Virus record (IMG/VR): IMGVR_UViG_3300035185_000025
Coordinates: 17,567 to 81,566 of that record
Source of the DNA: a virus
Length of the DNA: 64,000 nt
Reading direction: 5' to 3' (one strand)
The notes below the pieces were generated by a model. That model saw nothing but the letters and a program-made list of their open reading frames with translations. It was not told the origin of the DNA and did no database searches. The first letter of the stretch is position 1. Each line of letters begins with the position of its first letter. A program made the translations under genes and the position numbers. This document shows, in pieces, positions 1 to 9,678 of the stretch.

Positions 1-1846
1 AGTCGCGCACGTCGAGGAAGTTCACGGCCTGGATCGCCGCGTCCCACCCGTCGGTGACGGACCAGGTCCACGTGACGATCCGAGTCCTGAACTCGCGCTG
101 GATGTACTGAGTCGATGCTGCCGCCGCGTACTTTGCCGCGACGTCGATCGGCAGCCCGGCCAGCCGCGCCTGCTCGAGCTTCTCGAACTGCCCGCCCTCG
201 GCGAGGATCAGCGCGGTCGAGATCAGCCCGCTCGCCGGATCATGCGGAGGGATCTCGACGGCGATCGGATCGCGCGGGCGCAGGGCGAACAGGTCTCCGA
301 TCACGCCGGCCTGAAGGTTCTCGGGCAGCGCCGAGAGCACCGGCGTCCGGATCGAGACGACAAGATCCCCGCGCGAGAGTTGCTCGTAGACCGAGGCAGC
401 CGCCCGGGTGAGCGCGGACACGATCGCGTCCGGCGAGCCTCCGGTGATCGAGTCGAGGTTCACGACCTTGATCTCGTCTCGGTCGCCCTGGCCTGTTGGG
501 CTCGGCCTGCCGTTGCGAGCGAGCGGTGGCCACGTACCGGAGTAGCGGATCCCGGTCGCCGTATCGAAGCCGCGGATCTGGATCGTCGGCACCGCCGTGC
601 CCTTGAGCGAGCGCTCGAACGTGATCTCCTCCGCGTTGCCGCCGTGGACGAACACCCGCGTCGAGGTCGGCGGCGGGAAGATGTCTCCGGCGGTCGTCGA
701 TGCGCGGTAGTAGTTGCGCGGGTTCGTGATCACGATCTCCGACGCGGTGAGGAACGGATCCCGCGGCAGCCTGACGTCCACGATGTAGCCGGCGCTGTAT
801 ACGAGCTCGGTGATGAAGTCCCAGTAGCTCACCTTCTGGCGGTTGCCCTTGCTCTTGCGGCGGCCTCGCTTCGCAGCCCCTCGCGAGTCGACCCACTGCT
901 TGGGCCTGATCTCGTCGATCGTCGGCAGCAACTCGGGCACGCCGGGTGCGGACTGGACGTCGTTGAAGACCCGCATGCCGCGGAAGCCGGGGAGGCCGAA
1001 GCGGCGTGACGCCGGCGGTAGCGCGGAGCCAGATTGCTTGAGCCCGTTCGCCTGCTGGCGGAGCGCCTGCGCCTCGGCTCGCGCAGCGATGGCGCCCGCG
1101 TCGTTGCCGTCCGCAGCGAGATCAGCAGCCTCGGCGTCCTTCGCTCGCGCGTCCTTCAGGAGCCGCCTCCTACCGCGTCCAAGCTCGCGCGTCTTCTGCT
1201 CGTTGAAGCGCTTGTCGACGGACTCGGTCTGCGCGAGCGCGTCGCCGGTGAGCAGGAGTTGGATCGCCTCGTCGAGTCGAAGGAAGCCCGGCAGATCCTC
1301 GAGCATGTTCGGCGGGATCTCGGCGTCGAGGAGCTCGCCCGTCAGATCCCGGCCTTCGATCTCGACCACGTGCTCGCCGATCTGGATCCCATGCTTGTCG
1401 GCGAAGCCCCGGATCAGCTCGTTGCTGACGCCGCCGAAGCTCGTGGGGACGCCGGTGAGCGGGGACGGGACGTCCGGCAGGTAGAGCGCGTCGGCGTCGG
1501 GCGCCTGGCCTGCGGCGTACTCGGCAGGCGTGAAGACGCCTCCGAAGATCTGCACCGTCATCGCCCGGATCAGCCGCGGATCGAACGGCAGCCGCGCGAG
1601 CGGGATCGAGACCTTGAATGTGTCCGCCTTGCGGTAGTTGTTCAGCTCGAGCGTGCAGGTCTCGGGCACGATGTCGTCGCCGAGTTGGACGAAGGTCGAC
1701 GCGAGCGCGGCGAGGGTAGGCGCGCCGAAGGACTCGACCCCGCTCCCGGGTGCGGTCGGCGACGGGACCGGTGGCGCGAACGCCTGCGCCTGGTCCTCGA
1801 ACCGGACCTTGATCCTGACCTTGCAGCCGACCCAGTACTGCGTCAT
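1..1846 (-). CDS. Baseplate hub / late control GpD-like tail protein (runs off left edge)
   Basis: Open frame read by hand from ATG 1846 (MTQYWVGCKVRIKVRF...CTLELNNYRKADTF...IEGRDLTGELLD...); not in the ORF track because it is truncated; near the LysM and tape measure genes; class A promoter. Confidence 0.65.
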   Translation of the reverse strand, partial: MTQYWVGCKVRIKVRFEDQAQAFAPPVPSPTAPGSGVESFGAPTLAALASTFVQLGDDIVPETCTLELNNYRKADTFKVSIPLARLPFDPRLIRAMTVQIFGGVFTPAEYAAGQAPDADALYLPDVPSPLTGVPTSFGGVSNELIRGFADKHGIQIGEHVVEIEGRDLTGELLDAEIPPNMLEDLPGFLRLDEAIQLLLTGDALAQTESVDKRFNEQKTRELGRGRRRLLKDARAKDAEAADLAADGNDAGAIAARAEAQALRQQANGLKQSGSALPPASRRFGLPGFRGMRVFNDVQSAPGVPELLPTIDEIRPKQWVDSRGAAKRGRRKSKGNRQKVSYWDFITELVYSAGYIVDVRLPRDPFLTASEIVITNPRNYYRASTTAGDIFPPPTSTRVFVHGGNAEEITFERSLKGTAVPTIQIRGFDTATGIRYSGTWPPLARNGRPSPTGQGDRDEIKVVNLDSITGGSPDAIVSALTRAAASVYEQLSRGDLVVSIRTPVLSALPENLQAGVIGDLFALRPRDPIAVEIPPHDPASGLISTALILAEGGQFEKLEQARLAGLPIDVAAKYAAAASTQYIQREFRTRIVTWTWSVTDGWDAAIQAVNFLDVRD

Positions 1847-1886
1847 GGGCGGAGTGTAGCGCGGCCGGTGGCGCGCACCTCAGATC

Positions 1887-1914
1887 GGGAAGCGATCGTG
1901 TCTCGCGTCGGTAG
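1887..1914 (+). promoter_or_regulatory. Class B ECF-like promoter
   Basis: GGGAAGC-N16-GGTAG, 8 nt before ATG 1923. Confidence 0.8.
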
Positions 1915-1922
1915 GGGTAGAC

Positions 1923-2297
1923 ATGTTCACATCCCTCTACATCAAGCTGACCACCGAGAACGATGACGGGTATGTCGAAGTCTCGCGCTGGGATGGCGTC
2001 GACCCTGTCGAGCCAGGTGACCTCCTCACGATCCACGGTCCAGGTGCCGGTATGGTGACCGATATGGTGACCGCCAAAATCGACGCTCGTCGATGGGGTG
2101 TCCAGCGCGGCGACCGGGTTCGCTCACTCGAACTCTACGCGCATCTCGTTCGCTTCGACGGGACGCCTGGCGACATCCCTGCCGACGAAGCGGTGCAGAT
2201 CGTGCGCCGAGAACTTGCGGCGTCAGGCGACGACGCCGAAACGATCGACGACGTGATGGAGAGCGATTTCTCGAAGATCGTGTTGGACAAGCGGTAA
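1923..2297 (+). CDS. Hypothetical protein
   Basis: 124-aa ORF with typical codon usage and its own promoter. Confidence 0.7.
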   Translation: MFTSLYIKLTTENDDGYVEVSRWDGVDPVEPGDLLTIHGPGAGMVTDMVTAKIDARRWGVQRGDRVRSLELYAHLVRFDGTPGDIPADEAVQIVRRELAASGDDAETIDDVMESDFSKIVLDKR

Positions 2298-2353
2298 CCG
2301 CGGCGCGCACCTCAGAGGTTGCGCCGTCGGCCTGTCCGCGCGAGCCTGGTGCG

Positions 2354-3221
2354 GTGGACAGCGACGCCCCAGCCCTGCACCCGCGCCTGGTCCCGATCGC
2401 GGATCTGAACCTGGATCCGAAGAACGCTCGGCTGCACAGCGAGCGCAACCTGTCCGCGATCGGCTACTCGCTGAGCAAGTTCCGGCAGCGCAAGGCGATC
2501 GTGGTCAACCGGCGCACCATGACGGTCGAGGCCGGCAACGGGACGATCACCGCGGCGCTCGAACTCGGTGCGGATCACATCGTGGCGGTGTTCGTCGACG
2601 ATGAAGACGCGGACGCGGCCGAGTACGCGCACATCGACAACCGAACCGCAGATCTGGCCGAGTGGGACCCCGACCAACTCGCGGCCAACATCGGCGAGTT
2701 CCCGGACCTCGACTGGTCCGCGGGCGGATGGGAGCCCGCGGACTTCGAGGACTTCGAGGTTAATGCGGTGGCTCCTGCGACTCGTCACGCCTCCTGGCGG
2801 GACGGTGCTCGAATCGTTCGGCGGCAGCGGGACCACGCTCGTCGCGGCCGCTGGGCTCGACTGCAAGGTCATCGTGGTCGAGATGGCTCCCGAGTACTGT
2901 GACATCATTCGAGCACGCGGCGAGTGGTCGATCTCCGACAGGTCCGGGTCACCGCAGACCCGCCCCGCGCGAGCGCCTCGGACAGCCGCCCGCGACGGCG
3001 ACAAGCGGCAGGCCCGGCGGCGCATCCAGACCTTGATCCAGAATGGCACGCTGCCCGCCCCAGCAGACGTCACCTGCGTCGACTGCCAGGCCGCTCCGGG
3101 GCGCGAGTACGATCACCACCTCGGGTATGCGGCGGAGCACCACGAGGACGTCGAGGCCCTCTGCGCGAGCTGCCACCACAAGCGCGAGGCTGACCGCGCG
3201 AACGCGAAAGCCCCGGCATGA
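2354..3221 (+). pseudogene. ParB/Srx-like domain, truncated beta-class DNA methyltransferase and HNH-like Zn domain, with a frame break near 2760
   Basis: ParB-like PIADLNLDPKNARLH...AGNG...DNRTADLAEWD in one frame; from 2763 a different frame gives MRWLLRLVTPPGGTVLESFGGSGTT (motif I), then CxxC...YDHH...LCASCH; no DPPY-type motif. Confidence 0.65.
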
Positions 3222-3236
3222 TCCGGGGCTCGATGG

Positions 3237-3530
3237 TCACGCAGCCGAGGCGCGCGCGGATCGGAGAGACGCGATCCCGTCGGCCGTCGCAGTGACCGCC
3301 GAGCGGGCGCTATCGGTGTCGTACCCAGCCTCGTCGAGGTAGAGCAGAGCATCGGAGGCGATGCGGGCGACCTGCTCGGCGATGGCGTCCCAATCGTCCT
3401 CGTCGAGGTCCGCGAAGGCGCGGTCCTGCGGAGACTGGACGGGCGCGTTGCTCGTGGCCTTGGTGGTCAGCGCGCGGAACTTGCGGGCGATGTCGGCGAA
3501 GCGTTCGGGGGCGGTTTTGTAGTTGGTCAT
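3237..3530 (-). CDS. Hypothetical protein
   Basis: MTNYKTAPERF..., SD-like GAGGAAG, class C promoter. Confidence 0.65.
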   Translation of the reverse strand: MTNYKTAPERFADIARKFRALTTKATSNAPVQSPQDRAFADLDEDDWDAIAEQVARIASDALLYLDEAGYDTDSARSAVTATADGIASLRSARASAA

Positions 3531-3555
3531 CGGTCTTCCTCGGGCTCGGTGGGTC

Positions 3556-3610
3556 CAACCGCGACCCTCTGGCGCTATTCCTCGCCATGCGATGTTTTTC
3601 GATCTTTCTC
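3556..3610 (-). promoter_or_regulatory. Class C promoter
   Basis: GGAATA-N15-GGTTG on the minus strand with upstream AAAGATCGAAAAACATC. Confidence 0.55.
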
Positions 3611-3632
3611 GCAAGCCAGCGAGATCACTACG

Positions 3633-3953
3633 TTATTCGCCGTCGAGCCGCCCGCGCATCACCGCGTTGTCCATCGCCTGCTCGGCCGACGCAGCCTCCG
3701 CGCCGCAGATCTCGCAGACCGGAGACGGCAAGCAGTGGTGCGGCTCGGCGGCCCATCGGAGCGCGGCACGGACGAACCTGGCGGTCTCCGTGTCCGCCGT
3801 CGTGTCGACCTCGGCGATCACGATCTCGCCCGGGTGCTCGTCCATGTCGCACGGGCTGATCGCGATCGTTCCGTCGGCGAGCCCGATGCCGATCGCCGGC
3901 AAGCCGTGCTCGTTGAAGCACCAGCAGATCGTGACCTTCACGGCGCCCTGCAC
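3633..3953 (-). CDS. Hypothetical protein with C-terminal CxxC
   Basis: ORF overlapping the upstream gene. Confidence 0.55.
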   Translation of the reverse strand: MQGAVKVTICWCFNEHGLPAIGIGLADGTIAISPCDMDEHPGEIVIAEVDTTADTETARFVRAALRWAAEPHHCLPSPVCEICGAEAASAEQAMDNAVMRGRLDGE

Positions 3954-4351
3954 CCGGAGATGATCCGCGACTTCATCATGTCGAGCGCGCCGAGGATCCG
4001 GAACATGTCGTGCTCACCCGCGACGCCCGTGATCACCTCGCGCCCGGTGAGCTCCCCGGCGATCGCAACCGCGAGAAGTTCGCCGGACTCGGCTCGCTCG
4101 AGCAGGGTGCGGAGGTAGGCGACCACGCGATCGTCGGCTGCCGGCTTGACCTCGGCGAGCGCGGGCGCGTCGTCTGGTTGCTGGCCGGCCTCGTACGGCG
4201 TGCCCTCAAGCTCGGTGTAGACCCAACGCTCGACCTCATTACGGTAGTGAGAGAGGCCGCCGACGTTGCGGCAGACGGTGTCTGCGATGGCCATCGACAA
4301 CTTGATGATCTGTTTCGTGGTCAGCGCGAGCTTGTGCGGGTTGTCGCTCAT
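3938..4351 (-). CDS. Hypothetical protein
   Basis: 137-aa ORF with ATGA overlap. Confidence 0.6.
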   Translation of the reverse strand: MSDNPHKLALTTKQIIKLSMAIADTVCRNVGGLSHYRNEVERWVYTELEGTPYEAGQQPDDAPALAEVKPAADDRVVAYLRTLLERAESGELLAVAIAGELTGREVITGVAGEHDMFRILGALDMMKSRIISGCRAP

Positions 4352-4611
4352 GAAAGCCCCTCAATCATGTCCTCGATGAGCGGCATCCCGGAGTCGACAG
4401 CCTCTCGCTTCATGATGCCTAGTCGCCTCGCCGCCTCCGCGCGGTCTTCTTCTGGGACTAGATCGATGACGCGTGCGAGTGCCCACAGACGACCGTCCCA
4501 GAACCCGTCGGTGAACGCGTCGTCGCGGCCGAGGCTGTACTTGGACGCCTTGACTGCCCATGCTCCGTGCGCCGTTGTCTTTGCGCTCGATAGATCTTTG
4601 TTTTGCAGCAT
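4348..4611 (-). CDS. Hypothetical protein
   Basis: Start at ATG 4611 defined by the class B promoter. Confidence 0.6.
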   Translation of the reverse strand: MLQNKDLSSAKTTAHGAWAVKASKYSLGRDDAFTDGFWDGRLWALARVIDLVPEEDRAEAARRLGIMKREAVDSGMPLIEDMIEGLS

Positions 4612-4618
4612 GGTCGAA

Positions 4619-4673
4619 CTACCGCGCCGGCGGCTGGCCGCTTCCCGGAAGCGTTCGCGCTCGCCGTCGGTAG
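4619..4673. promoter_or_regulatory. Back-to-back divergent class B promoters
   Basis: CTACC-N16-GCTTCCC|GGAAGC-N16-GGTAG, each 7 nt from an ATG (4611-, 4681+). Confidence 0.85.
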
Positions 4674-4680
4674 GGTGGTC

Positions 4681-4968
4681 ATGGCCAGCGCACGCGACCT
4701 CATCATCAGCCTTGGCGCCGAGTTGTCGGACCAGGAGAACGTCGCCCACGACCTCTGGACATGGCTCCCGTCCTACAAGGTCGCCAAGGAGTTGCGAGGG
4801 GACTACGCCTGCGAGTACCGGCCTGGCGTCGCCGACGTGATGCGCGATGCCATGGCGTTGATCTCCACCCTTCAGGATGCGCTCGGGGAGGCGGCTTTCG
4901 ATGATGTGATTGAAGCTCTGGCCGAGACCGTCCGCGAGGAGTGGGCAGCCGACCTCAAAGAGGTCTGA
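4681..4968 (+). CDS. Hypothetical protein
   Basis: MASARDLIISLG..., leaderless class B start. Confidence 0.7.
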   Translation: MASARDLIISLGAELSDQENVAHDLWTWLPSYKVAKELRGDYACEYRPGVADVMRDAMALISTLQDALGEAAFDDVIEALAETVREEWAADLKEV

Positions 4969-4971
4969 TCC

Positions 4972-5382
4972 ATGTCGCTGGCCGACACGCTACGAGCAGA
5001 CGCAGCCGAGGTCCTCGACGCGATCACGTCCGCGCCGGACGGCTTGACGGTCCGCGAGATCACGTACTCGACCACGATCCGCCAAGGCCGCGCACGCGAA
5101 GCGCTGGCCTATCTGCTCGGCGCGTCGGCGGTCACGTGCGCGACGGAGCCAGGCCGTGGCGCCACCGTCAGCGGCACGAAGGGACCGGCGCAGGTCTGGC
5201 GCGTGGCTGAGCCGGGCTCGCTGCCGCCGTTCGACCACGTCTACGCCGCGATCGAGGACGTGCAGGAGACCCTCGGCGAGGTCTGGGCCAGCGCTCCGAG
5301 CGGGCTTCGAAACCGGATGGAGTGCTGCATGGCCTGGCTCGGGCGCGCGATCAAGCGCATCGACGGCGAGCCGGTCGACTAG
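4972..5382 (+). CDS. Winged-HTH-like hypothetical protein
   Basis: GLTVREITYST...AREALAYL pattern. Confidence 0.5.
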   Translation: MSLADTLRADAAEVLDAITSAPDGLTVREITYSTTIRQGRAREALAYLLGASAVTCATEPGRGATVSGTKGPAQVWRVAEPGSLPPFDHVYAAIEDVQETLGEVWASAPSGLRNRMECCMAWLGRAIKRIDGEPVD

Positions 5383-6533
5383 TTGATCGCCGGCACCCGC
5401 ACCAGAGTCCCGCGCGGCACCGTGTCGCTGTAGAAGCCGTTGTAGTTCGAGATCACCGTCCACTGCGTCGGATCCCCGTAGTTCTCCGAGGCCACGTCGC
5501 GCAGGCTCGTCAGCGTGTCAGCGAGGAACGTCGAGAGGATCTCGGTCCCCTCGAACAACTCGAGGAGCCGCTGCTGCTCTGCCGCGAACGCAGCGAGTTC
5601 CTGCAGCCGTTCGCGCAGCAACGACTCGATCAGCGCCGCGTTCGCCGTGGCCGAAGGCGATCCGACGAGCGAGGCGTCTCCTCGGGCTGATCGGATCTCG
5701 GAGATGTCCTGCAGCAGCCCCCGCGCGGCGAGACGGATCAGCGCGAGCTGTCCCTGGATCGTCGAGAGCAGATCCTGAGGCACCGACGCGATCGAGACGA
5801 TCCCGCGCAGCGCTTCGATGATCCCGACGATCAGCGCGCCGATCGTGGTGATCGCTGCGACGAGCCGGCGAACGAATGCGTTCGGCTGTCGCAGGCTCAG
5901 CAGCGCTTCGATCACGGCGAGGATCGTGGCCAGGATCGCAGCGAGGCCGGCCGCGACGCTGAGCGCGTTGAACTCGACGAAGCGGCGCACCGGGCTGAAC
6001 TCGGTGACGCCGCTCCACTCGAACTCGAGCTCGAACTCGACGTCGCTGATCCGCAAGAACCGCGGCGTGAAGCGCTTGATGATCCCGTAGCGGACGTATT
6101 GATCCCACGTCACGCGGACCTTCTGCTGGTCCGTGGTCATCAGCGTGAGCGCGTCGACGACCACGCGCGCAAGCTGGGCGGGCTGCGACGACGGGAACAC
6201 GGCGGTCGTGACGAAGGTGCCGCCGGCAGCGACGCCGGACTGCGGGATCCCGGCGCCGCTGACCTGCGGGAACCCGACCAGGTCGACGCCGTTGCTCGCC
6301 GTGTTGCTGAGCAGGAAGCGGTCCTTCCACATGCCGGTGAGCACGGTGTTGCTCAGCATCGAGCCGAGCACCTGCTGCGTCGCCACGGGGTTCGCGGGGA
6401 GCCAGGTCTGCTTGGTGCGGATCTCGACGCCGAGTTCGATCGGCTGGTAGGGCAGGCCGCGGCCCTTGAAGATCATCAGCCGGCGCGGGCCCGTGACCTG
6501 CTCGATCGTCAGCGGCGAGGCGTTGCTGGGCAT
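5379..6533 (-). CDS. Tail/baseplate-associated protein with C-terminal LysM-like motif (Mu N-like architecture)
   Basis: C-terminal SLRDVASENYGDPTQWTVISNYN...GTLVRVP; lies between tape measure and hub genes. Confidence 0.65.
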   Translation of the reverse strand: MPSNASPLTIEQVTGPRRLMIFKGRGLPYQPIELGVEIRTKQTWLPANPVATQQVLGSMLSNTVLTGMWKDRFLLSNTASNGVDLVGFPQVSGAGIPQSGVAAGGTFVTTAVFPSSQPAQLARVVVDALTLMTTDQQKVRVTWDQYVRYGIIKRFTPRFLRISDVEFELEFEWSGVTEFSPVRRFVEFNALSVAAGLAAILATILAVIEALLSLRQPNAFVRRLVAAITTIGALIVGIIEALRGIVSIASVPQDLLSTIQGQLALIRLAARGLLQDISEIRSARGDASLVGSPSATANAALIESLLRERLQELAAFAAEQQRLLELFEGTEILSTFLADTLTSLRDVASENYGDPTQWTVISNYNGFYSDTVPRGTLVRVPAIN

Positions 6534-6570
6534 GCGGGAAGTCTACGCGACGAGCGGCGGTATGGCGGGC
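6534..6570. promoter_or_regulatory. Overlapping class A (-) and class B (+) promoters
   Basis: TAGACT-N6-ATG 6533 on minus; GGGAAGT-N16-GGTAT-N7-ATG 6571 on plus. Confidence 0.7.
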
Positions 6571-6647
6571 ATGAGCCACAACAATACGCTCGCAGCGGCC
6601 TGCGGCCTGTTCGACCGTGACACGAACGCTGCTCTTGAGGTGGATGC

Positions 6648-6905
6648 GTGAGCTATCGAAGCCTCTCCGTCGTAGAGAAAGCGTATCCAGAAAGCGAGTG
6701 CTGGCGATGCGATCACGGTATCGACGAAGGTATCGCCGTGCGCTGCGCGATCTCACCTCGGTTCAGCATCGATGAGCCGGCGTGGACGGCCTGGTACAGG
6801 CGCGCTGATGCGAAGCGATGTGTCGATTTCGAACCGAACTGGTGGGTTCGCCTGCGCGTGAAGGCGAGGCGATGGCCCATGTTCGTCGTGACGCAGGATC
6901 ACTAG
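6648..6905 (+). CDS. Small Cys-rich hypothetical protein
   Basis: CWRC...C...C. Confidence 0.5.
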   Translation: MSYRSLSVVEKAYPESECWRCDHGIDEGIAVRCAISPRFSIDEPAWTAWYRRADAKRCVDFEPNWWVRLRVKARRWPMFVVTQDH

Positions 6906-7207
6906 ATCTTGACCAGATCGGTTATCCGTCCACAGGTCGGGCACGCGCATGGTGGCTTGACCACCTGGCCAAGATCAATCGCCTCGGCGAAGACGAATCC
7001 AGAAAACGCCAGAACTGGATATTTCTCGGCGTTGGCGCGCTCAGGCTCAGGCTCAGGCGTGCCGCCTTGAGGCGCGGGCATCTTATGGCAGTAGGCGTTG
7101 CCACGCAGGTGACCGTAGGGACCGATGGTCATCTGGATCGGCATCTTGATGACCATGTCATCAAATGGATCCTTGATGGCGCCGAGGCTCTTCGTCTGGA
7201 ACGACAT
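6902..7207 (-). CDS. Hypothetical Zn-ribbon protein
   Basis: C-terminal CPTC; variant class B promoter at 7218-7245. Confidence 0.55.
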   Translation of the reverse strand: MSFQTKSLGAIKDPFDDMVIKMPIQMTIGPYGHLRGNAYCHKMPAPQGGTPEPEPERANAEKYPVLAFSGFVFAEAIDLGQVVKPPCACPTCGRITDLVKI

Positions 7208-7249
7208 CTCGGACAGTATACTGCGCGTGGCCATGGTCGCTTCCTACGG

Positions 7250-9442
7250 CTAGGTGCCCTGCTCGACGGCCTCGTACGGCTGCACGCGCCTGTCTGACTG
7301 CTTCTCGGCGTACTGGATGAATCCGGCCATCAACCTGTCCACGTCCGGGTCCGTCGTGTTGATCACGATCTTCTGGTCGATCTTCGTGGCCTTGCCCTTG
7401 CGGCCTCCGCCCTTGGCGCCTTTGCCGGTGAGCATGTCGGTGAGCGCGCCCTCGAGGCTCTTGGCCTTCTTCTTCGCGGCCTCGAGTTGCATCGGGGAAA
7501 GCTGGGCCTCGGCGATCGCATCGGCGGCCTTCTTGAACTTGTCGGCCTGCTGGAATGTGTTCTGCGCCGAGTCGTGCGTCGCCTGCGACATCTTCTCGAT
7601 CGATCCGATCGCGCCGTCGAGCCCGTCGCCGATCTTCGGGATCTTGGCGAGCACGCGCAGGCCCTCGCCGATCAACTGGAACACTGCGGCGAGACCGAGC
7701 TTGAGCGCGCCCCAGGCTTCGATCCCGAACGCGACCACGCGGATCATCCCGCCAAGGACGGTGCTCGCCATGTCGACCGCTCCGGTGAGCATGTCGAGCC
7801 CTCCGACCATGACGCCGGCCGCAGAGATGTCGCCAAAGATCGCCTCGCCGACCAGCTTGAGGCGCTCCCAGAACGTGTAGAGCGCGGTGATCAACGGGAC
7901 CAGCGTGATGCGTCCGTCCTCGATCGCGGTGACGATCGACGACTTGATCTTGTCCCAGTTGGAGATCATGTAGGCCGCGAGTCCGCCGACGATCAGCGCG
8001 ACGCCGGAGAACGCGAGTAGCAGCCCACCGGCCGCCACGCTCGCGCCCGCGAGCATCGTCGCCATGGTCCCGAAGCGGAGCACCGTCCGGTCGAGGTTGG
8101 GCCCGACCTTCGCGCCAAGCATGCTGGCGAGCGCGCCGAAGCCCTTCTGTACTCGCGACGGTCCCTTATCGCTCATCCTCCGGCCGCGGCGGAGGTGCTC
8201 GGCCTGCATGCGCTTGCGCCCGAAGTCCCTAGCTCGACCGACGCCGGCCCCGACGGCCTTGGCTGCGGCTGCGCCCTTGCCCACCGCGATCATCCCGTAG
8301 CCGGCGACCAGGCGCGCCGTGGCGACGACGCTCGCGGCCTTGAGCGCTGCGCCGGCCAGCACGCCGGCCTGTTGGATCTTGGTGGCGATCATCGCCCAGT
8401 TGTTGGCTACGTACTCGGCCCCCTTGATCAGCTTTCCGAACACGTAGTCGGCCGCTCGAGCGAGCTGCTGGCCGGCGAACGAAGCGACGATCTCGAGTCG
8501 CTTCAGCGGGGAGTCTGGCCCGGCCGCCGTCTCCATCGCGCGCTTCATCGAATCCATGAGCGGCTTGCCGAACGCGCCCGCGAGCGTCTGCCCCATGGAC
8601 TTGATAGTCGAGGCCATGCCGCCGAAGGACTTGCCGAACGCGTCGGAGACTTCTCCGCCCATCGACTCGCCGACCATCTCGACGATCCGCAGCGCTTGGT
8701 CCGGGTCCAGCTTGGCGGCCTTGTTCCACTGCGCGTTGAAGTCGGCGACGGCCTTCTCCCCGGTCACGGTCTCGAACGCCTTCTCGAACGCCGGCCGCAA
8801 CTGTTGGAACGTCAGGTTGTCCATCTCGGCCATGCCCTTGACGATCCGGCCGACGTCCATCCCGAGCTGCTTGTAGTCGCCCGCCGTGGCGAACCCGAGC
8901 AGCGACATGTTCGCCATGAGATCACGCTGGCGCTTCAGATCTCCGGTCACGCCGCTGACCGCAGGTGCCATGGAGCGATACGCGAGCGCGACGTCCTCGA
9001 ACGTGGCCGGCGACTTCTTCGCGATGTCGTACAGCTCTTGCTGCATCGCCTCGGCTTGCTCGACCGACTTCTCGAACAGGCTCATCTTGCCGCTGGCGAC
9101 GTCGGCCGATTTGTTCATCAGGCCGAAGGTCGTGTACATGGTGCCGAGACCGAGCGCGCCCTGCTCCATCACGTTGTTGAAGCGGATCCCCTCGCGCGCC
9201 GCCAAGGCCACGCCGCCCGCGAGCCCTGCCGCGCCGGCGAAGATCGCCCCGCGAGCCATGTCGCGGATCGTCGCGCCCATGGTCCCGCGCACGCGCTCGC
9301 CACCGGCCACGAGCCGGTCGGACATCGACGAGTAGCTGCGCCCGAGCTTGTCGGCCGCGCGCGCCGAGCCGGCCATCTCCTTTTGAAACGAGCCCTGCGT
9401 GCGCAAGAACGCGTTGACGTCGTATGTCACGCCCTGCGGCAT
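7250..9442 (-). CDS. Tape measure protein
   Basis: 730 aa, Ala/Gly-rich and helical, AKKSPATFEDV motif, hydrophobic segments, follows the tail chaperone. Confidence 0.85.
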   Translation of the reverse strand: MPQGVTYDVNAFLRTQGSFQKEMAGSARAADKLGRSYSSMSDRLVAGGERVRGTMGATIRDMARGAIFAGAAGLAGGVALAAREGIRFNNVMEQGALGLGTMYTTFGLMNKSADVASGKMSLFEKSVEQAEAMQQELYDIAKKSPATFEDVALAYRSMAPAVSGVTGDLKRQRDLMANMSLLGFATAGDYKQLGMDVGRIVKGMAEMDNLTFQQLRPAFEKAFETVTGEKAVADFNAQWNKAAKLDPDQALRIVEMVGESMGGEVSDAFGKSFGGMASTIKSMGQTLAGAFGKPLMDSMKRAMETAAGPDSPLKRLEIVASFAGQQLARAADYVFGKLIKGAEYVANNWAMIATKIQQAGVLAGAALKAASVVATARLVAGYGMIAVGKGAAAAKAVGAGVGRARDFGRKRMQAEHLRRGRRMSDKGPSRVQKGFGALASMLGAKVGPNLDRTVLRFGTMATMLAGASVAAGGLLLAFSGVALIVGGLAAYMISNWDKIKSSIVTAIEDGRITLVPLITALYTFWERLKLVGEAIFGDISAAGVMVGGLDMLTGAVDMASTVLGGMIRVVAFGIEAWGALKLGLAAVFQLIGEGLRVLAKIPKIGDGLDGAIGSIEKMSQATHDSAQNTFQQADKFKKAADAIAEAQLSPMQLEAAKKKAKSLEGALTDMLTGKGAKGGGRKGKATKIDQKIVINTTDPDVDRLMAGFIQYAEKQSDRRVQPYEAVEQGT

Positions 9443-9451
9443 GCAGGGAGT

Positions 9452-9678
9452 CTACCCCTTCGAGGACGCATCGTTGCGCCGCGAGCAGGCGTCAGCCCAG
9501 CGGCACAGATCCTTGATCGGGTGACGGTCGCACTCGGTCGGCGACCAGCCGCACTCCTGCCCGAGGTAGCTGTACAGATCCGGCAACTGCCCGTCGAACG
9601 CGGGCCCGAGGTTGCCCGAGCACGCGATGATCCACAGGCACCAGATCCGCTCGGAGAAACGCGCGCGCCTCACCCCCC
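9452..9678 (-). CDS. Tail assembly chaperone, frameshifted (GT-like) extension
   Basis: The -1 frame after GTC GGG GGG TGA reads VRRARFSERIWCLW...GWSPTECDRHPIKDLCRW. Confidence 0.65.

Larger units (their letters stand above)
1870..2316 (+). repeat. 15-bp direct repeat GGCGCGCACCTCAGA (1870-1884, 2302-2316) flanking a promoter+gene unit
   Basis: Exact match seen at both positions. Confidence 0.85.
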
